Shown: in pieces, positions 34,722 to 44,791 of the stretch | Layout: each line of letters opens with the position of its first letter | How positions within the stretch are numbered: position 1 is the stretch's first letter | Assembly: GCF_027921745.1 (NCBI RefSeq) | Contig: NC_079238.1 | Span: forward strand, 4,464,001 to 4,528,000 | DNA length: 64,000 nucleotides | Source of the DNA: Schizosaccharomyces osmophilus | Taxonomy: Eukaryota | Direction of reading: 5' to 3' | Made by a program: the position numbers and the translations under genes | The notes under the pieces: model-generated | The model's input: the letters and a program-made list of their open reading frames with translations, nothing else | Databases searched by the model: none | Told to the model about the DNA's origin: nothing

Positions 34722-37700
34722 ATGAAGGATGATACGGATCGGCCTATGAATACGTATGAAATGAATCCAGAAGACTTTCAGAAGTACCTATATAAACGAG
34801 AAGAATCGTATATGAATGCTGAAAAGGAAGGTGCTTATTTCAAACGGCCTCCTTCCTCTTCATCGTCTTCAGGACAGAGCACACCTAAGCCTCTTGAGAA
34901 AGATATCCCAGTTCCAATTGGAAACATTGTTGCTCGGATATTACGGGGAGTATCTCTTTATGTAGCATTAGCTTCGATTGTGCTTATGTGTTTGATCACA
35001 CACTCGTTCATTAGTCGCCCTCAAGACAAGAGCTGCCAAACTGCTACAGTATGGCCTTCTTATGCAAAGTTTTTAGATTTTGACAGCCGTTATACTCGTT
35101 TCGCAGACAGGTATACTCTTTATCTTTACCGTGAAAAAAGCGTTTATGGAAGCGACAAACCGACTGGTGTCCCCGTTCTTTTCGTTCCGGGAAATGCTGG
35201 AAGTTACAAGCAGGTTCGTGCTTTTGCCGCTCAAGCAGCACTTGTTTATGCTGAGGTGGCCGCGGAAGATCCCGAAGGCACCCTAGATTCTGGAAAACGA
35301 GAGCTTGATTTTTTTGCTGTCGATTTTAATGAAGACTTCTCAGCATTTCATGGGCAAACTCTTTTGAACCAAGCAGAGTACGTGAATGATGCTATAACTT
35401 ATATCCTTTCCTTATACCAAACTACAAGAAAAACTTCCGATTATCCAAAAGACGAATCCTTACCCCTCCCTACTTCTGTAATTATTTTGGGTCATTCCAT
35501 GGGAGGTATCGTTGGTCAGGCTGTATTTTCTCTCAAAAATTATGTTGAAGGTTCGATAAATACCTTGATTACGTTAGCAGCACCTCATGCTATGGCTCCT
35601 CTTCCCTTCGATCGCCAAATTGTTGAGTTTTATGAGGCCATCAAATCATATTGGTTAAATTCATTTTTACTTCCTGCTGAGGAAAATTCCTTACGCGACA
35701 CTCTTTTGGTTTCCATTGCTGGAGGAGGTTTAGATACAAATATTGTTCCTGAATATTCAGCAGTTACTGCATTCGCTCCTCCGTCGAATGCCCTTAGTGT
35801 TTTTACATCTGGTATTCCATACGTTTGGGCTGAAATTGATCATCAGGCTATGGCTTGGTGTGAAAATTTCCGAAGGGTCTTAATTCGCGGTTTGTTTGCA
35901 ATTGTTGATGCTAGACGGCCGACGGGTACAGTATCACTCGCTGAAAGAAAAAGGTTATTGTCACATACTTACATTCAAGGCTCTTCTCTGGACAATGATA
36001 TGAATCAACTGTCTGGTTCCCCTAGTACTTATGAAAAACTTGAATGCGCTAATACTGTAGTGTATGATAAGAAGCCCGGTACAGCATTTATGTTGGATGA
36101 ATTTGGGACAAGTAAAACAAAGCAGCATGTTTATCCTGTCCCAACTCTTCCCGATGAGTTCGAATACTTTGAGCTTTTAACTAGTTATCCCATAGATACC
36201 GCGGATTCTCAAGTTAAAGTCCTGGCTTGCCACCTTGATCCCAAAACTGGCACATCGTTACCGGAATTGAACAGGTCAGAATCTGGAGAACCATTACCCG
36301 TTGTTTGCGAATTGTTAAGAGATGCGATTACGCTTATACCTGCTTCGACGATTGATACTGACATCCCCTATAGCGGTAAGGTGTTTTATAACTATAAATT
36401 GCCAAAGGAGCGACTTCAAGATTATCACCTAATTTTGATTACGGATGATTTGAAGGAGCCAAATGATTACTTTTTAGTTGGTGAATTTGGCAATAAATCC
36501 TCGGACCCCATACAGATTGATAAGTCTCAAAGCCAACTTTTTAAGCATGGAGTCAACTTTTCGTTTAATACGTCTAACTTGTTGTCTAATAAATTTCAGA
36601 TTTCGGGAATGCAAAGCTCCCTCTTAGCTTACAAAATTAAGCTTAGCTACGAACTTCATGATGGCAAAGAGGTACAGACGACTTTTACGCCCATGTTGAA
36701 GCAAACCTTAGAATCCCCTTTTGAAACTAAATTTTACGTAAATTTAACCGAAGCAGAAATTTCGTTACATGGAATTTCTCCATTCATGGAATACTTTGGC
36801 AAGGAATCTGAAAAATCGCTTGTTATGGAATTCATCGCAAATCCTCTTGTTTACAAAAAGTTTCATGTATCTTTACTTCCTGACTTATATGGTAGTGCAG
36901 GACGTTTATTGATGCGCTACCGCACTTTGCTGGGCTCATTTCCGGTTGTCGTTGTAGCTTTTGCTGCATACTGCCAGTTCCGCTATTTCCATTACGGCTC
37001 GACATTCCTAAACATGAATACAGCACTTGAGATCATTGTTCGTAGAGGTTTGGTAAAGTTGCTCGTTTTCGTTTCCGTCCTCTCTACAATCACTTCATAT
37101 TTAACGAGTCGTGTATCTACAGCTTTACCAGACGGTGCTGATCCAGATAGTTCATGGCGCGTTTCCGCCGCGATGGTGCTGAACTCATTCTGGAAGCAAA
37201 ATCACTTGTTGTTTGGTTTACAATCACCTCAGTTTTGGATTTTGGCTCCAATTTTAACTTTTATGTTCGTTGGACTAGTCGTTGCCGCTGTATTCATGTT
37301 TTCGATTATTATCCATGTACTCTCATATTTCTACGGCTTTTGTTTTAAACTTCGAAAATCTTCCATGAAAGGGTTAATGCAATCCTTTTTTATGTGTATC
37401 AAGCTAACGTATGTCTGTATAAAGAAGAGAAACACTTCTGTGTGGAAAAACGCCGCTTTCAATAAATATGATGCTTCGGAGACAGCTTTGAATGCTATAT
37501 ACGCTAATCCATCTCTGGCATATTGTTACGGAAGAAAAGATTTTCAGACACGGCTCATTTCGAATATTATTCTACTATTTATAGTTATGACCGTAGTGCC
37601 TTTCCAGATAGCATATGTTATTTTGCTTGCTACGCAGTCTATGACTACTGCCAAAAGTTTATTCTTGGCTAGGGGGTGTGCAATATCGAGTCACCGTCAG

Positions 37701-38087
37701 CAAAAGCTATGGAGCTTCTTCAACTTTTCGCTGACGATTACTTTTTTGATGTTGCTTCTGGCTCCTATAGATTTTCCTGTGCTTTTAGTTTGGGCACGAA
37801 ATATCTCCACGCATTGGTATATTCCGTTTCCTACACATCATAACTTTTTCTCTATCATACCTTTTATGATAATGACAGAAATTCTTCGAAAAGGTAAACT
37901 ACTTCCTCGCTTGACCGATGCAGAGTTTTACTCAAATAATCTTCTCCTCTTCCTTTTAGCATTTTATTCACTAATTTATGGTGCTGAAAAGCCATACTTA
38001 ATTCATAACGTGGTGGGAGCATATTTCTTCTGGCTGATTTTCTTATATGCCAAAAACCAGTTTGTCAAACAACCAAAAAGACCCTGA
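34722..38087 (+). CDS. bst1: GPI inositol deacylase (PGAP1)
   Basis: GVPVLFVPGNAGSYKQVR, DFNEDFSAFHG, lipase motif GHSMGG, C-terminal transmembrane segments. Confidence 0.95.
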   Translation: MKDDTDRPMNTYEMNPEDFQKYLYKREESYMNAEKEGAYFKRPPSSSSSSGQSTPKPLEKDIPVPIGNIVARILRGVSLYVALASIVLMCLITHSFISRPQDKSCQTATVWPSYAKFLDFDSRYTRFADRYTLYLYREKSVYGSDKPTGVPVLFVPGNAGSYKQVRAFAAQAALVYAEVAAEDPEGTLDSGKRELDFFAVDFNEDFSAFHGQTLLNQAEYVNDAITYILSLYQTTRKTSDYPKDESLPLPTSVIILGHSMGGIVGQAVFSLKNYVEGSINTLITLAAPHAMAPLPFDRQIVEFYEAIKSYWLNSFLLPAEENSLRDTLLVSIAGGGLDTNIVPEYSAVTAFAPPSNALSVFTSGIPYVWAEIDHQAMAWCENFRRVLIRGLFAIVDARRPTGTVSLAERKRLLSHTYIQGSSLDNDMNQLSGSPSTYEKLECANTVVYDKKPGTAFMLDEFGTSKTKQHVYPVPTLPDEFEYFELLTSYPIDTADSQVKVLACHLDPKTGTSLPELNRSESGEPLPVVCELLRDAITLIPASTIDTDIPYSGKVFYNYKLPKERLQDYHLILITDDLKEPNDYFLVGEFGNKSSDPIQIDKSQSQLFKHGVNFSFNTSNLLSNKFQISGMQSSLLAYKIKLSYELHDGKEVQTTFTPMLKQTLESPFETKFYVNLTEAEISLHGISPFMEYFGKESEKSLVMEFIANPLVYKKFHVSLLPDLYGSAGRLLMRYRTLLGSFPVVVVAFAAYCQFRYFHYGSTFLNMNTALEIIVRRGLVKLLVFVSVLSTITSYLTSRVSTALPDGADPDSSWRVSAAMVLNSFWKQNHLLFGLQSPQFWILAPILTFMFVGLVVAAVFMFSIIIHVLSYFYGFCFKLRKSSMKGLMQSFFMCIKLTYVCIKKRNTSVWKNAAFNKYDASETALNAIYANPSLAYCYGRKDFQTRLISNIILLFIVMTVVPFQIAYVILLATQSMTTAKSLFLARGCAISSHRQQKLWSFFNFSLTITFLMLLLAPIDFPVLLVWARNISTHWYIPFPTHHNFFSIIPFMIMTEILRKGKLLPRLTDAEFYSNNLLLFLLAFYSLIYGAEKPYLIHNVVGAYFFWLIFLYAKNQFVKQPKRP

Positions 38088-38329
38088 ATACTTGCTGGAT
38101 TTTCATGGCGTTGTATTATTGGGGATTTCAATCATCATGCTTCACTTTATACTTTTCCTTCTTTTTTTCCCACTATTTTCTTTTTTAATGATCATTTGAA
38201 TACCATAATTTTCTTTTCTTTTATGTTTTTCGGACAGGGAAACCCCCTAAAGTACTTTAGTTTGACAGTTATAAGGATGAAATGATGAATAATTATGTGA
38301 GTAGTAAACCATATGACAGTAAGTAGTTT

Positions 38330-39055
38330 TTAAACAAGTTGGGATATCTGTTTGCTTTTGTAAAAAAGGCCAATTGGTATTGGACGATCTTCATTCGAAG
38401 CTGAATCACAAAGTACTTTAGATATAAACTTGTAAGGGATCAAAGAAGTTTCCTCTGATGTGTCAATGAGAGTATTGGAATTATACAATTGACGAACTGA
38501 CATGTCATTAAACATAATGGAGGCAGCCGAGTTCCATGCAAATTGAAACATATAGCTGCTGTGATGATCAATATATATTCGACAAACGGCCAGAGGACGT
38601 TCACTGACTTGAATGGCTTTCAAGGAAGCTGAAGTAAAATTGCTTAAGCAAGCCAAAATCCCTAATGTATTCAAGGGACACCAGGAAAGGGAACCCTCCA
38701 ATTCTCGCACATATTTTGGGCCAATGGCAGCTTTATTTGATTTACATGAAACGGCCACTTTAGCTTCTATGCTGCTACCCGAAGGGAATTTACCTAAAAG
38801 ATCGATTCCTCTATCATCTTTACCTCCGCATCGTTTTAAAGTGAAACCGTGCTTTTCTAGTATATGTTTCACAAGATATTCAAATAAAGTTCCTTGGACT
38901 AATGTTGTCTTGAACGAGCAATTTTTCCACTCGAGATACTTTAAATATGACTGTAGAGAGCTATGATTTGAATGAAGCAGCCGACATCCTAATTGCACGT
39001 TTGAAAGCCTTGTAACTTGATTAAACACTCGAATATTAAGTTTTCCGGCGTTCAT
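38330..39055 (-). CDS. Mitochondrial Rrg7-like restriction-endonuclease-fold protein (SPAC824.03c-like)
   Basis: Basic presequence-like N-terminus; QGTLFE...GGKDDRGIDL...VSCK...GPKYVRELEG. Confidence 0.75.
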   Translation of the reverse strand: MNAGKLNIRVFNQVTRLSNVQLGCRLLHSNHSSLQSYLKYLEWKNCSFKTTLVQGTLFEYLVKHILEKHGFTLKRCGGKDDRGIDLLGKFPSGSSIEAKVAVSCKSNKAAIGPKYVRELEGSLSWCPLNTLGILACLSNFTSASLKAIQVSERPLAVCRIYIDHHSSYMFQFAWNSAASIMFNDMSVRQLYNSNTLIDTSEETSLIPYKFISKVLCDSASNEDRPIPIGLFYKSKQISQLV

Positions 39056-39886
39056 GAATCAAACCTTTGTCATTAAAACAAGAACCAAAGACGAATTATT
39101 TTAAATTCATAAAAAGGAGTAGATGAAACTTTTGTGCTCTTTAAAGTATGATAAATCAAAACGAGAGTAAAGTGAATTGTAATAGGACTTAAGTTCTAAC
39201 GCAAATGTATCTAGCACTCCAATTAGCTCAATCACTCATCAAATATACAGAAAATATTCTGAGTCCTAATAGAGCACTCAATTCCAATTGCACAACTTTC
39301 GAATACAATGGGTATGGAGAATGCTTGACGAGTGGTAGATGGATCAATGTCCGTTGTAGGTAGTGATTACTACCTAAATTCGTTTTTTATTTTAATTATA
39401 AGATTGAGATTGAGAAATTTTGGTTACAACTGTTTGCATTTATTATTGACAAGTCTCGACTTCAGGCACATATAATTTCAAGAACAATCTCAAATCTATT
39501 CACAATACTCTAACTAACTTAAGTATTCCTACTATCTGATTCTTAAACGTTTATAAATACAATAACTTCCCAATTAAATATGTTTATTATAGCACGTCTT
39601 TCAGATTAGCAAATTAATATCAAATTCGAGTTGCCAACTTGAGGAGCCACATTTAAAGAAACAAACCAAAATTAAACAAAGAAAAAAAATAAAAATAAAA
39701 ACTAGCATAGGAATTAATTTTCCTTGAAGGGATAGCAAGATAATTAACCTAAGTGGTAATATTTTCGGTAAAATGCGAAGATACAGAAGAAGCTTCAGAA
39801 GAAACTGGAGCCTTAAGGATTTCTGAGACAATATAGCCATTAAAAAAAAAAAGAGTTTTCGGTTCCATATCGTCCCGCACAATCTT

Positions 39887-41527
39887 TTACGACTCTTCTT
39901 CTGTTATTGTGCATTTGAACTCACCATCAGATTCTGATAAAAGAGAGAGACTAGCACCTAAACACCAACCAAGTTCTTTACCATTAATCTTCTTGGCCGT
40001 ATGGAGCTGACGGTTGTTGGGAATCTCATATCCTACGGATAAAAGAGCTATCATATAGTTAAGGTCCAAACACCACTCCGGTTCCAGTTCTAAAGCACGA
40101 AGGGAGTTAGTGAGAAATAAAAAGTCGACCCAAGAACCAGGACCACTGCAAACACGATCCGCTAAAAACTTCATATCCTCAATAGTAAACGTACTAGGCA
40201 TGCCCAAATCGACCATCCTATCATAGAAATAACTAATCAAATAAATTGGAGCATCATTAAATGTTTCCGTGAACTTTGGCTGATGAACGCCGTTGAACGA
40301 ACAGGGTGCCAATTGGCAATCTTTTTCTTTGTATAAAATTTTTTCGGCTAACGCGCGGCATTGCAAAGAAGCATGGGCTAAAGAAGGACCATTAAATACA
40401 AAGTTAGAAGACACTCCATCCTCCTTTGTTGAAGAATGCTGCATGGAAGCATTTAAATGGAGGCATGGATGAGTGATCTCGTAAGATACATCGTCAGCAT
40501 TTAGTGATTCTCTTAAAATATCTGCCGTGTTGACTACAATCTTATGGATCGACTTTCGGGCTTCCCTTAGTCCGTATCCAAGATGAGAAAATTGGTAAAG
40601 CTCATACGCCTTGTTGTTGTACTCCAAAACGTACTTATGATCACCTTCAGATAATTTTTGCTGAGAATCATAGAAACGAGGCTCGAAGACAAGTTGAGTA
40701 GACGCCCCTCCAAGATCCATTACAGCAACGGTCGATTCGGAAGAATCAACATTTAACGATCCCAAAAGATAATTGATCGTAACCCAAGCGTAAACACCTT
40801 CCATGGCTCCATCTAAAATGGAAACGCTATCTTCCCCAGCCAAAGGAAAAGGATATTTCTCAAGATGCGTCTTTACCGCATTCAAAATGGTTTGCGCTTC
40901 GAGCTCACCGGTAAGGCGAAGACCAGCAGTTGCTTTAACAGCAATCGGCGAGCAATTCTTATGTTTTTCGGGAACATGTTCCAATGCAAACTTCAAAAGG
41001 GGATCTAAAGAAGCAGCAGCTCCATCAGGATTGCCAGCAAAGGAAGACAATCCAGGTTCTGTCATCAAAAAGTATTCCTCCTCTAATTTCGGTGTAGGAT
41101 TACAGTTGTTAAATTGATAAACGTGTACTCTAGAGCCAGTGGAACCAGCATCGATCATAATGACATACTGGGTGATGGGCTTTTTCCCATCAAAGGAGTC
41201 ACTACATCCTTGGGCCTGGTTGGTTGCCAATGACACAGCGCTTGGTACTGCAATTTCGCTTGATGTAGTTGCGGTACCAGAAGAGATAATAGTAGAAGGA
41301 ATGAGTTCAGGTTGATCCGTCTGTGAAGGAAGAGTCGATGTAGGAGTGTTCAATTCTTCACTAGTGATTGAGCTTTTCGTTTCTTGACCAAGCACAGAGG
41401 GGCTCTCTCGAATACCACTTGAAGTGTCCAGAGAATATCCATGCCAAACAAAGTAAAAAACTAGGAAAAGAGAAAGACAAACAAAAACCAAACGCCTACG
41501 GTTGCTTAATTTAAAACTGAAAGGCAT
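39887..41527 (-). CDS. gda1: Golgi guanosine diphosphatase (GDA1/CD39 apyrase)
   Basis: N-terminal transmembrane segment; apyrase regions IDAGSTGSR, KATAGLR, DGAMEG, DLGGASTQ, GWCLG; first ATG at 41527. Confidence 0.95.
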   Translation of the reverse strand: MPFSFKLSNRRRLVFVCLSLFLVFYFVWHGYSLDTSSGIRESPSVLGQETKSSITSEELNTPTSTLPSQTDQPELIPSTIISSGTATTSSEIAVPSAVSLATNQAQGCSDSFDGKKPITQYVIMIDAGSTGSRVHVYQFNNCNPTPKLEEEYFLMTEPGLSSFAGNPDGAAASLDPLLKFALEHVPEKHKNCSPIAVKATAGLRLTGELEAQTILNAVKTHLEKYPFPLAGEDSVSILDGAMEGVYAWVTINYLLGSLNVDSSESTVAVMDLGGASTQLVFEPRFYDSQQKLSEGDHKYVLEYNNKAYELYQFSHLGYGLREARKSIHKIVVNTADILRESLNADDVSYEITHPCLHLNASMQHSSTKEDGVSSNFVFNGPSLAHASLQCRALAEKILYKEKDCQLAPCSFNGVHQPKFTETFNDAPIYLISYFYDRMVDLGMPSTFTIEDMKFLADRVCSGPGSWVDFLFLTNSLRALELEPEWCLDLNYMIALLSVGYEIPNNRQLHTAKKINGKELGWCLGASLSLLSESDGEFKCTITEEES

Positions 41528-42002
41528 GATGAACAGAAATGAAAACGAACGTGAAATAAATTCACCTAGTTCTAAGCGTACATTCAAAGCACAAGGAGAC
41601 GATTAGATGTAAAAGAAAGTGTTTAAATGATGAAAATAAATAAAAAGAGGAAAAACAAAAAAACAGTTTGTTATTGTTTTTGCTACGATTTGGCACATGC
41701 ACAATACCTTGTATTTAACAGTGATATTGTACAGTGCATTATATGCTTCTAGAACATGTAAAGTTTGCTAACGAAGTGAAAAACAGTGCTTTAGTAAATT
41801 AGAAATTGCTTCTCAAACCAGCTTGGTCCTTTTGTTGCAAATTTAAAGGAAAGTAAAATCAAATAAATAATGAATTACTATACTCACATTTACAAAAAAT
41901 AGTTCATAAAGATATGAAAACGCGTAAGAACAGAGTAAAACTAAAACAAAGAGAGAACCTTTTATTATAAAACAATTAAATTCAAAGTCATATTCATATT
42001 CC

Positions 42003-42954
42003 CTAAGATTTGTTCTTCATGGTTCTTAAGGTGTTCATGATAGAAATAGGATTAGTGGACTTGACAGCCTTTTGGACGTCAGGAGCATCCAAGTGCATGA
42101 AAGGGTTGAATTGCTTTTCCTCCCCAAGGGTAAACTTACCAGTAGTGGATTCGTTCTTGGAACAATAATCAACAAGCTTGGTAAGTTCGGGGTTTGAAAG
42201 CACAGAGGATGCAAACTTGGCATTCGATTTGGTATATTCATGACCAGGATAAGTGATAGTGTCATCAGGAAGAGACGCCAAAACAGTGTTTAATGCGTGA
42301 TGCATTTCACTAGCGTCACCTTCAAAAAAGCGACCGCAACCAGCGGTAAACAAAGTGTCTCCTGTAAAGACACCACGCTTGGAAGGTGTAGATACGTAAT
42401 AACAAATACTATCTTGAGTATGACAGGGTGTATGAAGAGCTTGCACCTCAACTTCACCAACCTTGAATGTTTCCTTATTCTTGGGAGTGTAAGTTACAGC
42501 CTGTGCATATTTACCGCCGAAAACTTTAGCAGAAGGAAAAATCGATGAAACAGCACCGTTTCCGCCGGCATGATCAGAGTGATGGTGAGTGGTTAAAACA
42601 TATTGAAGGTCGATCTCTTTCGAGTCAGCCTTTTTTTGCAAAACAGGTAAAACACTATGAGCATTGTTAGTATCGTATGAAACTGAAAAAAAAAAAAGGT
42701 TCTACAGGCTACTTGGATGAATATTCCTCGCAACCCGACAACTATTGATAAAGCATCTATGATACCATTCGTTTACATTACGATTCCAAGGAAGATTCAT
42801 CCATCGTTCACTGAATGACGATAAATTCAACTTACGCAGTTGGTTCAGCAGGATCAACAATGGCACTGGCGCGGGTCTTCTCGCAGGTTAGAAGGTAAGC
42901 ATAGTTATTGCCTGAACCCTTCCACATCCAAATAGGAGTAACTTGAAAAGACAT
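42003..42954 (-). CDS. glo2: Glyoxalase II (hydroxyacylglutathione hydrolase); intron 42835-42655
   Basis: NYAYL...IVDPAEP, THHHSDHAGGN, TPCHT, FTGDTLF, PGHEYT. Confidence 0.93.
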
Positions 42955-43868
42955 CGCTAAACGTTTAATAGATTGAAACACTTTGTAAGCTTATGGAGAG
43001 TGTTTTCGTAAAAAGCTCGTTTTTAGTTAAAGGTCAAGTTGTTTGGCTGTCATAAATATGGTATATATCCTATCGGCAGTGTTGGAATAGGAAATTTTTG
43101 AACGTTCCAAGAACGTCAGTATGATATCGGGTTCATTTGATTTTTCAGCACATATATGATGCCACTTTGACAACTTTTTCAATAAATTATAAACGAACAT
43201 TATTAGTTCCGAGCAAAGTCCTGAACTTGTAGACTGGTCAACGTGGCAGCTTCTTCTTCTGAAAATAAACAAAAGCAAAGCAAAAGATGAGGAAAAGACG
43301 CTGTATAATTCATATTTCATAATTCGTCAAAAAAACAACAGTGATGTTATCATATAAAAAGTGTTTGTTTACCTTTCAAGTATAGGGAAGAGGAACAAAC
43401 ATTGCCTCATAAGTTTCAGATGTCCATAAAGTAGTATCTTGGCTTTACAGGAAGAAAGCAAGGTAGCCGAGTTTTCATAGTAGCATTCAGTTTTATTAAT
43501 TAGCCTCATGTTCAGCAGCAAATAAATTCAAGGATTATTCAAGTTTTATTAGGTTTGGAGTTTCACTGTTCATATTGTTTAATATAAAAAACTCATAATT
43601 GATTAACGGGTACAGAAATGAGAAAAATCAATTAATACTCCATACTTGGCAGTACAATACCAAATCATGCATCCCCAAAGGCGTAGAGAGATTTAAAGTT
43701 ATTCTGGATACATGCCAAGGTTAAGATATAAATGGTACCAAAAACCCAAGAAAAAATATGACATATTAAGACTTTATACCTCTCACTGAAGTAGGAATGT
43801 AACCATCAGATTTAGTAACCAAGACTTAATGATAAGCCATTTATCAGCGTCATATAAGGTGAAAAAGA

Positions 43869-44402
43869 TTAATGCCTTGGAGAATGTAAGGAATGTTGTT
43901 GCATCCACTCAACTGCCTCCGAAACACTTGGAATCTTTTGTGCGGATCTAGCAGGAGGAACAGCCCAAGAGCTAAAGCCCCGAATAGAACGATCTGCATC
44001 TAATAAACCTTTTGCTTCATTAACTTTGCTGGCTACATAGGCACTGCCACCACGATCCGGATGATTTGCCAGCATCAAACGGCGATGAGCCGATTTTACT
44101 TTTTGGCGAGTTAAACCACGACTAGTAAGAGATAGAATTTGAATAGCTTCTGCCCGTGACATTTTTGATTCAAACCCTCCTTTGACGAAGTTTTTCACTG
44201 AACCATTTATGTTACGGTACTTTCGAAACGCGTCGATGCCAATTTTACCCTAAAATTACGGTTAGCCTCCTTTGTATATTTTCCTTTTATCTTCTCAAAC
44301 ATACCACTGCGGCAGAAGCAGCAATCCCGATTCCCAAAAGAATTGCAGATGCCTAAATTACTTTGTTAGTTTTGTCCCTTAGATCTTCAGCACGCCTACC
44401 AT
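43869..44402 (-). CDS. pam18: Mitochondrial import motor J-protein Pam18/Tim14; exons 44402-44400, 44352-44305, 44249-43869
   Basis: KGGFESKMSRAEA, AHRRLMLANHPDRGGS; ATG-only first exon, and the introns restore the frame with the transmembrane segment. Confidence 0.9.
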
Positions 44403-44791
44403 TTTTTTAAAAATACTCTCTGAATATTAAATTAGAAGGGACTAAAAATACAAAAAGCCTATTTTTTAAGGCAACTGAAGTATGTTGATGTGAGATGTAG
44501 TGGAGAAGAGTCAATGTTATTGCTGAGCGGAAACCGAAGCAATTCACGCGTGGCAGCTTGTTTTTCTCTTTTATGAGAATTGAGCAAAAAAAATTGTTAT
44601 GAAAATTAATTAAATTTTAGAAAGAAGGCTATTGAGATTAAAAGTTAGAGTGTAAGCGTAGCAGATACAATGAATGTTCATGATGATATTCATTTAATCA
44701 GATAAAATAAATAGGCGGAGCTCTAATACTTTTATCAGAATCCTTAAGTCATATTCTATGATACATCACTTTATGTATTTTAGTTGTTTCA

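Noticed and set aside
39601..39882. 93-aa hydrophobic ORF downstream of gda1
   Set aside because: Non-ATG start, AT-rich 3' UTR-like composition and no motif.
43027..43320. 97-aa ORF upstream of glo2
   Set aside because: Low-complexity promoter DNA with no recognisable homology or codon bias.
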